Below, piece after piece: positions 14,501 through 26,500 of a stretch of 64,000 bases of DNA. The translations under genes were made by a program, and so were the position numbers. This DNA is from Phoronis australis (Eukaryota > Animalia > Phoronida). Within the stretch, counting starts at the first letter, position 1. The number at the start of each line of letters is the position of its first letter. Where the stretch lies: contig NMRA01000286.1 of assembly GCA_002633005.1 (NCBI GenBank), positions 360,503 to 424,502 of the forward strand, written 5' to 3'. Under the pieces are notes generated by a model that was given only the letters and a program-made list of their open reading frames with translations, did not search any database and was not told where the DNA came from.

Positions 14501-17500
14501 CTGTGATAGTCTTGGAGTATTTCATGTTGGACTGCACAAAGGAGCTTCACGTTCAGATGTCATGCATAATCGTGATATATCACATCATCATCTCAATTTA
14601 ATTGGATTTTTGCCGCCAATGTTCTGAGTGGAAAAATGTGACTCGAATACTTGAAGCGATTGTTTACCGTATTGGTTGAGGTTTTTCATTTGGCAGTGGA
14701 GAACTAACTGGGAAGTGAAACTATATGAAGGATTGACCTTCAGCTTATTTGGAAATGGACAAGTTTGAGCTGAGTTTGAATACTTATTAAACAGGAACTG
14801 CTCAAATTATTGTTCCTGAGATGGAGCTATAGATTACCATGTGTAACTGTTTTTTCGAAATGAACTCTGTGATACGAAGAAAGTTTAGAAGCGTTTGAAC
14901 CTGGGCTTATCGTCCTTTAAAAACAGCCTGTAGGACACGATATACGCAGCGAGATTTGTATGTAATAGGAAAAGAACACTCTCACCATGGTGTTGATTCA
15001 AGTTTTAGTCACTCGCAGTCCTGCTGTGCGAGACTTGGTGTGGAGTCTAGTGCAGCCGGGATATCAACCTCTTGAGGAATCAGGTAAAACTTTCTTTTTC
15101 CTGCAATTTTGTCCTCGTCCAATACCATTGATCTGTTACTTCATTTTTGTCCTGCATGCATTCATACTGTATTTCTTAATGGCTATTCAAGAATGTTGAA
15201 GAAGATGTTTCTTACATATCTTTTTCAATGTAATTTTATTAAAAAGAGTAAAAGCAGTTAACTTGACATTTATTTGTCTGCTCTTGTACGACTTGCTAAT
15301 TTCTGAAATTGTTGAAAGGTTAATCATAACTTGTAGTACATAAATGCATACACGCTGCACACAAAAGTAAATTGACAAACCTACAGCTCTTGGTTGTATT
15401 ACTTGGGACACACTACTTCATGTTTTAGATATCTTTGTCACATATTTTAATAAGCATTATGACTGTTTTTTAGCTATTAGTGGTTAGATGTCTCCTAAAT
15501 GGTTGCTCAGTCTGTGTTAAGTGGTATTCGTTTCACATGGGAAAAATCAGCAATGAGCGCGTAACGGTACTCAGTAAGTTGAACAATGTCAGCAAGAAAA
15601 TTTGAGGTCTCTTTTTAAGCTGCATTAGCCGCCCTACCTGCTAGATGTGTTGTTGGTTTTGTTCAATACTCGAGTGTTCTGAACATGGTTTGTACAGACG
15701 TGAAGTGTTTGATCAAGCAGGAGTTAACAGTAATGCCAGGTCTTGCGCCACTTTTGAGTATTACACATTTGTATGTTATCATCATACGAGGCAATTCAAT
15801 TTATAACAAACAGCAAGGATATAAAATTGGGATGTAAACCACATTCAAGGTTTCAAAAATTTATTTCATAAGCTTTGAGCTCTTATTCTTGCAGAGTGTT
15901 GCGTTATAAAAATATTGACAGTTAGTATTTATAAGCCTTCACAAGTATTTGATTTTATTTTGTAATCACACAAGTACAGCAGAGTAAGAGTTGGACAATG
16001 CAGCGCTGAAAACAGTGACAAGTTTTAACATAATTCGCAGATTTGAATTCTTTGGATATGGCATATAAGTTCATTCCATCGTAGGTAAATGAGTTCATGA
16101 AGCCACTGGATGACATAGGCAAATAACTTCATCGTGCAGTACATTCTACCTCATTTCAACTCTCATTTACGTTTATGTCCATGTTTAGCTTAACGCCCAC
16201 CTGTCAAACTTCCATATTTTCACTTGTGAAAGCTCCACGCTTGGCTTGATGCTCTCCTCTCATTCACATGATCAAGATTTCCATGAAATTGCCACTGTCA
16301 TTGTGAATGCGCGTTGCATGTTTCCCAAGACACACTCTACTCGACTGTCTTTGAATGGCCAACAGTCAATTTCAACAAATCCTTGTCATATGCGGTAGGG
16401 AAATTATGCGCTCTTTGCTGGTTGACACCTGAAATGATTCTTTTGGCTTACTCGCTTTATAATGTTATCGAACTTCTGTGTGAAAATGGTGAAGACATTC
16501 AAGATTTCATTGGAAATGTGAATTAACTGGCAATGGATGGTTTTGGTTGAAATAGACATTGCAGCTCTCTGTTTTTAATTTGAATCAAGTCACCATATAT
16601 GGACAATCTAGAGGACTTTTCTTCAATTGGATTTCAACAGCTAAGCAATAAACAAAAATAGCTTGAAATCAGGACTGCGGGATTTGGTGAAACTGTCACC
16701 CTGTTCTTTGATGTTGTCGTAAAACTGGATTTACTAGTTCAAAAATGGGCATGTATCCAAATCGCCAAACTTCATGTTTGACAGTGCATTTGAAAATTGC
16801 CATATGGCACACTTGGCAGTAAAAAAGTTCAGAACCAACCGACACGCTTTCATTTGTAAGCCATACTCCGAAACATTTAACAACTTTATCAATGAATATC
16901 AAACCAAATAAGTTTAAGGATGGAGATAATATGCCAGTGTGGCAATAGAACAAAGTGTCTATCTGCATCAATATACCAGATAGTTTGGTCGTGGGGAAAC
17001 ACAAAACTTTGAGCCTCCCTCGGTGTAGGTTGGCATTCAAGTTCTCACTTTGTCCGTGTCTTCCCGCTGTTCATGTGTTAAGCTAAACTTAATGTTTTTC
17101 ACGCTCTGTGATACCTGTGGTTGTATAAGATTACAAATGTGCTGATACATGCCTATGCTGTCAGGTTTTTATGTCATTTTCGACACTACGCTACAGCCAT
17201 TATGAATACTTTGACTACATTAGGGTTGTGACACTGCCCCGCCACGTGGTGTGTTTTTGTACTAGTAGAACACAAATGAGTCATGACCATAGTGAATGCA
17301 GACTTTGTTTGCCAAAAGTTCTGGATGTGTTATAATAACTGCTATTTTAGCTTGTACTTGTTGGAACACTACGGTAATTGTTCTGTCGCCGTTAAGGTGA
17401 GCCAACCAACAATGAGAGTTGAAACAACTTTCTTTAAGGGTGTGCCTCTTGTAAGTGTTAGTTAGCGACTATTTACTTATTTGTTTCAAGTAATAATGCT

Positions 17501-20500
17501 GTGCTCGGCTTTTGTTTTGTCTGGTAGTTGTACAAAGATTACACTTCTTGTAAGAGTACAAACTGTTATCTATGTACTGTGCTGATCTGGTGCTTAGTCA
17601 AGATGGTATTTTGTGTTCTTTTGAGAATACCTGTACTCTGTATTGAACACGATATGTTATCTCTTTTTCTATGTGACAAAAAAGGTTCTGGATGTCATTG
17701 TGTTTGACACATTTAAAAATGATGTGGAAACTCATTGCATTTGTGAATAAACAATGTTTGTGTAACATAGTCAATGACTCTGGTCCTTGGTGGAATTGTT
17801 GCTCTAATTCTCAGCCTGACAAACTTGGCATGTTGGTTTAAGAAACAAATGTAAGCCATTGTGAAAAATTTCTCTTCCGAAATGATGACTGAAAAGTTAT
17901 CCGAGACTGTCTGTTTGCTCAACAAACTTTTTGATTTCATCCAGTCTCCACACTCAGTGCTCGACATTGGCTATGATCAGTTCAATACCAAACTGCTCTT
18001 GTTTGGCCGGACCAATATAAACATCTTACCTGTCCATTACTCTCGCCTTTTGGATGTTGTTTGCCAGTGACTGTATGTCATAGTAGGAATGTGTTGCAGT
18101 GAATGATAGTGTGTGCAGTCCTACCGTAGTTCTTGAAGTGAATGTGATGTTTCGTAAAACTGCTACAAGATTAGGTAAGGGTGTCTAGAACTGGATTTTT
18201 GATAATTGGGTGATGTGATGTGTGTCTTGGTGTGAATCAATGTTTTACTTCATGTGTGTTGGCCAATGGCATTGTTATTAGCCTTTGAGAAATTGACAAA
18301 TTATATTTTCGACAATGATACAGTGAAATCTCATCAGCTTAGGAGACAATATGGCAGCCAAGTAAAATTTATGTTCTTAATTTTTCGATGAAAGATAATG
18401 TGGCATCATCTTACTGCTTTTCCATGTTCAACTTCTGGACCATAGCCATCACTGCACAAAATTTTGAAAAACTGAAATGTTTGCAATTATGTTAAGAGTC
18501 GTTAAAGAAACTGAAAAAGGCAATTTTTGCAATTATTTATATTCGAAATGGATGAGATTTTACCATATGGATAAGAAATTAGTGAGGAATTTAAATTTAA
18601 TGCAAAATTCCATCAGTTTTATTTTCAGTCACAACTGTGTGACTGTTGTGGAATGGTTAATATGCTTCTAACGATGCATAGACCTAGGATCAAGGAAAAG
18701 TGTACGTTCATGCAATTGTTGTATTTTTGTATTTTGATTTTAACGTTGTCTTTGTTGGGTTATTTGTGTTTTCATCCTTTAATATCTTGCCTTATTTTTC
18801 ACAAAGGTGTTTTTAAATTCAGCTTTTGCTTTGAAACATTTTTGTTTGTACAATTATGTTTTGCAAGCATGTAACAACCTCATCTTGGTGTAAAGACTTC
18901 TACGCTTTACCTGGGAGGTGGGGATGTAGCTAGAGATTGTTCGACTGGTACACGCTGACCTGTCAAAGACAGCTTTTCTTGTCTTCATGTGCACCTCTGG
19001 GGGAACTAGACATTCAGCAAAGGTTTATGCGCAGAAATGCAGGTCATTTGCTCTCAAAAACGCCTCCATACTGGTGACAGCTTTCTCATCTTAGCCTGTG
19101 TAGGTGGACCTTTTTTAGAGGGCACTTTGCTGAAACCATGGTTGAATTGAACCATGCTGTGTCTAGTAGAATTCTGTTTACCTACATGCCAAGTGTCACA
19201 ACTAACACCAGAGGGAGTTGTTGCTTGGCTGGCTGTGCTTTGCATGTGGTCATTGGTTTGCTTTCTTTTCATTTCCGCTCAGATCGTAACCTTGGCTCAC
19301 CACGGGGCAATCATAACCATGGGTACAAGGACAACCGCTACCACTACGACAGGCATCACGGTAAGGGCGCTTGGGTATTCTTAGCAGTTCTTGGAGGTGT
19401 TGTGAGAGGCTGGTGCTAACACAATTTTTTCGCATTAACTTTGACTGTATCTATTGCTTAACATTGTCTGTTTCCATAGCAAATGTACGCTTTCCAGAAT
19501 GTATGACCATAGACGTTAAAAATTGACTTATAAGGATACAGTTACTGGTGTGAAGACGTGACTATGAGCCACACGGCGTTTTACCACCGTTTTTTTGGCT
19601 GGGGTTCTAATTTTCTCAAAAATCTTAACAAAGTTGATTGATGACGATTATCATATGCAAGTTGTACTGGTACCGTAGTATTTGTAACTGGTCTAGTGGC
19701 CCCATTGGGCCAAACTAAAAAGCAACATCGGTTTTGGTCTGTGTTTTTGAAAACTGTGTTGGTGATTGGTGCATTAAACTTTTTAGTCCGTATTTCTAAA
19801 AAAAGTCACCTGTTGCCAGTTGAAATGATATATATCTTTTTTTCCGGCGTCACCTGATGTTAGTTGTGAGGTGCAGGTTTCAAAATGAATGGCTGCAGCA
19901 GACCAGAGTGAATTGCAGTGAAATCTCACCACATTCTAAATTCTAACTATTAAATTAATTGCCAGATTGTTTTTTCTTCATGTTTCAAGGTCTTCTAACA
20001 TTGTCATGAATGACCACAATTTCTCAGAATTATTGTCTGTTGGTAGCTATGGTACACATCTTTAAAAATGACAGAGCGTTCATTTGGTGCTACTTATCTT
20101 TTATGAAACTGAAAAAATAAAATTCAGCCATATTGTGTCCTAACTTTACGTTTTTTTTCTGGTCTTAGATTAGATTATATTATATTAGTTTACTTTTTGA
20201 GACATGTTTATTTCGTCCTTAATGTAGTTTCATTCTTATTTTGATTTAATCCTCATTTTAACGTTTCGTTCATATTTTGTTTTGATGCTCAATGTGAAAT
20301 TTCATCCGATATTTTCCCCATGGTTATCGGTGTTTATCATGTGCAAGGTGTATCATCTGGATGCTATGTTGATATCATGTGAAACTCACTGGATGTAAAC
20401 TTTCTGTTGCAGATACCAATGTGTTTTTCAATGTTTTTGTACTATTTGGTGCTGATATGCATTTTTGTCTGGATTGTGCTTGTGTGGTTGATTTGATCGA

Positions 20501-23500
20501 CACCAGGTGGCAGGACAGTTGTTGGTGCATTTGTCATTTGCTCCAATAGGTGGCAGAGTGATCTTGCACAGGTGTAGCCTAAATGAATATTGATACTTGT
20601 GTTTGATATTGAGCTGCCCATGCATGCGTGTGTGTGTGTGTGTGTTTGTGTGTGTGCTCATCTTGACACTTTTGAAGTTATGCTCTCTCCTAGGATGTGT
20701 TTGTCAAATTCAATTTGACACTGCTCTGAACACATATTTTTAACTTCTTCAGAGTATGGATTGCAGATCAAATTACATGCTTCAGCCAGCTTATGGGTCT
20801 TCTACCATTGAGCATAGACAGATTTCTGTCACGCTTGTCAATAGTTTGACTGTGGTTTTGTTCAGGTCTTAACTTTTTCACTGATCCATTAGTGTCTGCA
20901 CCCCAAGATTGTTTGGTTTGCACCATGCTTGCAAAAATCTCATTAAACAGTGGCTTAGGATAGTATTTTACGAAAAGTTTAACCTACCTTAGTTTGGTTG
21001 TACTTAATTGGCATTTTTGAATTGGCTTTATGTGTCAGTCATCCATGGATCTTGTGGTTTTTGGACCTGATGGAAACCTCTAAGCTTTTTGGCCCTTTCA
21101 AAGGGTCATATTGTGGTGGTGTGTACTTGGATTTCAATGAGGTGTCAAGGACCGTCAGTTGCCTGTGTGTTCCAGTATCCATTTTGTTTCTCAAATGATT
21201 TCCGACATACCTTTATTGCTAAGAACTCCTTCATTAGGACCATTATCAAAGCATCTGATGTCTTGAAAACAAAGTAATGTGATTAAATATTGCATAATTA
21301 ACTGATGTGTGATTACTTGCAATGTCAGATGATGGTAGTCATTAGAAACTGATCATTGCACTTGTGATTGGTCAGAGTTTGACAGACTCAAGAAGACTGG
21401 TTGATATCAGATCTCAGACTACAAAACACATGGTGTTTGTTTTTTGTCAAACATTTTAAAACAGCTTTCCTGTCTGACAGGTAGCAAATTGGCAGAAATT
21501 TATTCATCGCCCTGAACCTGGATGATTAGTTGGTGGTCGTTGTGGACTGCACTCACTTCCTATCTGGTTGTTTTAACTGGATGTTTGTTGCTGAGAATGT
21601 GACATGATAATTACCATGTGAAGTGCTCTTCTTCATTGCTGACTAATTTGTTGGACTTGTTTACCACTAGGTGGTCTTTGAAACGCTCTTGCTCCAGGGA
21701 GTGCATTGGAGGGCAGGAGCTGATATTGGAACTGTATTGTTCTCTGATCCCGTCTGTTCAGGATTATGGTTTAGTGTACACACCAACAGTTCTTATCACT
21801 TGTGTACCTGGCCAAGTTTTGTTGAAACTGGTCAGATGGCTAACTTCGTTGACGTGTTTCTTGTTTTGACGTTGTTCAACATCTTGTATGGGAACAGCTG
21901 ATTCTTTATCTTGTGGTGAGCTTGGGGTACTTCCCTGTGTACTCCTGGTGGTTGGACTTTATATTTTGTGATAAGCCTTGCGTAAGCTTTTTTTCTTATG
22001 TCATACTTTCATTTGTAGGGTAAATGGAATCTTTAGTTACAACCTCAGAGTTCTAAGCCTTGCAGAAGCATTTTTGTGTTCATTCTTTAGGATAAATGTA
22101 ATCTTCATTCAAGGCCTAGGGGTTAAAGTAAGTACAGAGCCTGTGCAATTGCTAATTAGGTCAAATCAAAATCAAAAATTCAAACTGGAGTAAACCATGT
22201 TAGTGTGTGTGAATCTCCCATTGGAATAACAAGTGAACTTCATATAGTCCATGTGTTATTAGGTATGCTAAATCACATTATTATAAGCAAAACTAAGGGT
22301 TTCATCCCAAAAACGTGAACCAGAACAGTGTAAGCATCGATTTTCAAACATGGCAGCCAGGTTAGATAGGGCTTTAATAATAGAGCACAAGGTTCTTGCA
22401 TTGATTGAGTTAATTGAGTTGGTTCATTGGATTTCATGCTATTGTGGTCAACAGCTCTCTGAACATTAATATCAAAAGCCGGCTTTCTGTTAATTGTGTT
22501 ATTTTTTTCTGAAATGTTCATTAAGGGACTTGAGAATGATTTCCTTTGCTGGTTTCTAGTGGTAGTTCTTGGGAGTCCTTCAGTTCTCTGGAGTTGTCAA
22601 GCAGCTGTGTATTTAATGACAGCTGGGTATGCCAAGTATTGAGTCCCGCATTATACAGGCCAGGACCTCTGGTCAGTTTGTCTGGGTCCAGACAATCTCA
22701 GAACCAGACAAATAACCAGTGTCCAGTCACTGCTAATTAATGACAAATGTCTCTCTGGTCTATGTCGACCTGCTGTTATTTCCTGCTATGAAATGCAGAA
22801 CTTTACACAAAATTATTAGAACTTGGAGCATGATGAAGTGCAAAGCTCCTGCTTAAAGTAAGATCTGTAGGCTATTGAACTGGTTGGATTATCTGCCATC
22901 AATGTATGGCCCTTGATGGTTTTGATTCATTCCTCAATCTTATCATTGTACACCAAGACAATAGGAGACCTACCTAGAAGAGCCCACTCCAATAGAAGAC
23001 TTAATGTGCACTGGATGATACTGAGGAAGAAGTTGTCCTCTCGTTAGTGTGAAAACAAAAAGGTGATCATCCTGCATGTGGGCATTTGCAGGATAAGGGT
23101 CTCGTGTCTACCTGGATACATGCATTTTAGAGGTTGAACCTTTGTAACCTTGCTGTTGCCTCCTGGTGTACTTCAAACTATTCAGTGACTGCATTGATCA
23201 TGAATTTTTTTCGTGGCTCGAGGGGCATGTCTTGTTTGACTGCGTGATATGTTGTTTCTCATGGTGCTGAGTACATGGGCTCTGTGTGTGTGTGATCGCT
23301 GTTCTTATCCAGGTCGCATGTTCTCAGTGGTTAACCCTGGAGGTTGAACCAGTGGGGGAGAAGGCTTGATGTAGGTCAGTCCTCATACATTGTATCTTAG
23401 TGTCTGGCATTGATTTGGTTTGTGGAGTTGGTGATGCACTATTTTTTAGTTGCTAATTTTTTTTCAAAAAAGAAAATCCTTGTATGAGCAAAAATTATAC

Positions 23501-26500
23501 AAGATTTTTTACTCATCGCTTGGAAAATCTTGTCATTTCTAACCTTACTTACCCTAGCGCATGGGCCTTTGTGTAGCTTTTCAAAAAATTGAAGTTGATG
23601 CTAGTGGGACTTTTTAGTTGTTGGGTACAGGTCGCTAAATCAGTTGCGGTACACACCAGAATCAGTTGCACTTTTGGCCAGTTCTGTGATAAATTTTGAA
23701 GACTGGTCTGTCCACGTTTAGTCTTACAAAGTAAAATTGTAGGAGCGAATGCATTGGGCGGTTATCCATCCCCATTGTAATTCTGACAAAAAGTTCACAT
23801 TAATTTGTATTTGTAAGTCAATATTTTTAGTATGATTTGCATTCATCAATCTGAACAAATGATTAGTTAATGAAAGAGTCAGGTGTATCTACCGTCTCCA
23901 AACATTCAGAGTCACACTCGCAATTGTTTTCCAGGCTCCAAATTTTATGTGTTGCTCTTGTGATCAAAGTTGAGACATTTTTGACTGCAGAAGCCATAAA
24001 ATGGGCACATGTTCTTGAAAATCAGGGCTACATAAATCACAAGGTTTTATTGAAAACTGTGAGCCGTAACTTATGACTTCCCCACATAAGTTGTTTCTAT
24101 GATTTTATGGCAAACTTTTCCAGTGTGTGGCAGCCTTATTGTAAATTCCCTCTGGAAGCAGCAGTGGGCCTTGTTCATGTTATGTAAGGACATCTCTTTG
24201 ATGTCCAACTCTGTTGGGACAGCCTGCTTGATTGATTGTCGCTGATGGACATGACTTTTTGGTATGGACTTATGACTTTCAAATTTCCTCGCTGTTTGAT
24301 CGAAACATTGTTTTATTAGTGCTGTCTTCCCCTTCCGTGAACACCAGCATCTTAAGCCTTAGTTACCTATCCATGAAAGGTGACAGGTGAAAATATTGGC
24401 GATTCTTTATGTATGTGGGGAATTCCACTGGTAAAAGTGTGATGGCTGTAGTAGCTTAGTTTGTTAATTTCTCCTGTTCTGGTGTCTCACAGTCATGGCT
24501 TACAACCAAGAATGCAAGCTAAGTATCAAATTTTGTTTTTAAACATTTGTCACTTACATGTTGTGTTTGCTGAAGTTTTTCATGGGATCAAGTGTATGTA
24601 ATCACTTGTCGTTGATGGTGGTCTCTGGCCAGTAGTTTCCAATGTCTGCTTCACTGTGGAAAGTGTATGGCTCAGGTGTTACTAGAGAGACCACTATTTT
24701 GGAGGTTGTGTTACCTCCCATTTCCTTGTGCACTAAAACCTTCCAGTAATTTGTGTTTTGTTTATTTGTCTGACTGGGCCTGCTGTTGGTATCCTGTAAT
24801 CTGGGCACATCTGGCTTTATTCCACAAGTAAGTGGCTTGCCTCCAGCTCCCTCTGTCTTCTAGATGTATCTCCACAGGACCTCCAACTCTGATCCAGACC
24901 TCCCTCATTGGGACCGCCTTGATTGTTCACTGTGCCCTGAGAATGAAAACCATGGCATTATACGAGATGTTGCCCATTTTGCTGGTGCGTGTCACCTTCA
25001 CTAGGACTATTATTTCACATTACAGGTTTGAGAGGTTCTGGTCAGTAGAAGAACAATTGGAAGTGAGGATTTAGGACTGTCAATACTACGGTGGATAAAC
25101 TCTCTCCATTCTCTCTCTCGAGTGTGTGTGTGTGTGTTTCTAGTCAGCACAATTCTAAGGCTTCTTACTGCATCAGTTGTCAGTGGTGTATCCATGTCAC
25201 TGAAATTGAGCGTGGGCTGTTGCTGAGGTCTAAAATTTGTAGCTTCGAGTTGACATGTTAGATCACAGCATAATGTTTTTGGGTTGTTGATATTAGGAGG
25301 ATGCGGATACCAGCAGTAGGCGCACTGTCATTGATTATTTATTACTCAAATGTATTATTGACTTGGTATAAATAACAGGATTACCAGGGCCAAAGGGGAT
25401 TAGGAGCAGAGAGTTGGTCATGGAAACAGGAAGTAATGCAAGTCATGTGACAGGTCGTGACCTGATGACACTGGTGTCAAAGAGCTTGCATGTCATGTAA
25501 TGTCTTGAGAGGTGTCAATATTCTAAAGGGAAGACTGCAGAGGACATTTGATACTTATATTGTGGTGTTACAAGAGAAATGAGTCGATTAATCTCCATGT
25601 GCTAAACAAGTGAGACAGTGAAGGGGCAGTGTCACTCTTGCTATTGAAAGATGTTTGAAGAGTTTCATGCGCAATATTTCCGATAAGTTTGCAATTGTTG
25701 TTCCAACTGAGTATCAGGATGCCGAGTCCAACGAACATCGTGATGAAATACACCAAGAAACAGCCTGATGGTCTGAGTTGCTTTGCGTTTCTCGACAAAC
25801 TTTTCTATCGTAAGAAGTGTTACCCAAGGAATGACCACTTTCTGCCTGGCCAATTCTACACAGATGCTTTCCAGCAATTTGACGTACTAAGTATGTATTC
25901 TCAGCATCAGTTTGAATGACTACCCAAGTATTTTTGGCTACATTTAGTCCTGACTTGTGTGCTTGCCAACAATTTATGAGAAATTTTGATTTTTATCAAT
26001 TTCTACGACACATCAAAGGCTCTATTATCTTGAGAAGGGTTCTGAAACTGTTCTATGTTTTCCAAAAAGAATTTACAACTGACCATACAAAACAACAATT
26101 GTAAAACAAAAGCACTTGCTCATTGTCCAACATTATGTTTTTAATAGTCATATTTGATGCAGAATGTTGTTGAATACTGACTTTTCAAGTATCTTTTGTT
26201 TTTAAAGGAACTATAACTTCCATGTTTTTAATGCTGTATAGTGTTGGCTAGTGTGGGATGGGATAGTTATATTTGCTATATTATTGCTTTGGTTCCATCA
26301 CAAAAGTGTGATAAGTGTGATGTTTTTGGATTTATGTATGGTGTTTGTTTGTGCTGAGTTGAGTGTTTGTCATTGATGAACCTTAGAAGTCTGTGTGGCC
26401 TTATGTTAAATAAATCTTGTTTTAAAAATAGCATTACATTGACTAAAGAGAAGTCTAACCATGAAACAATTTGTAGGTGTTCAACACAGAAATGTGTTCC

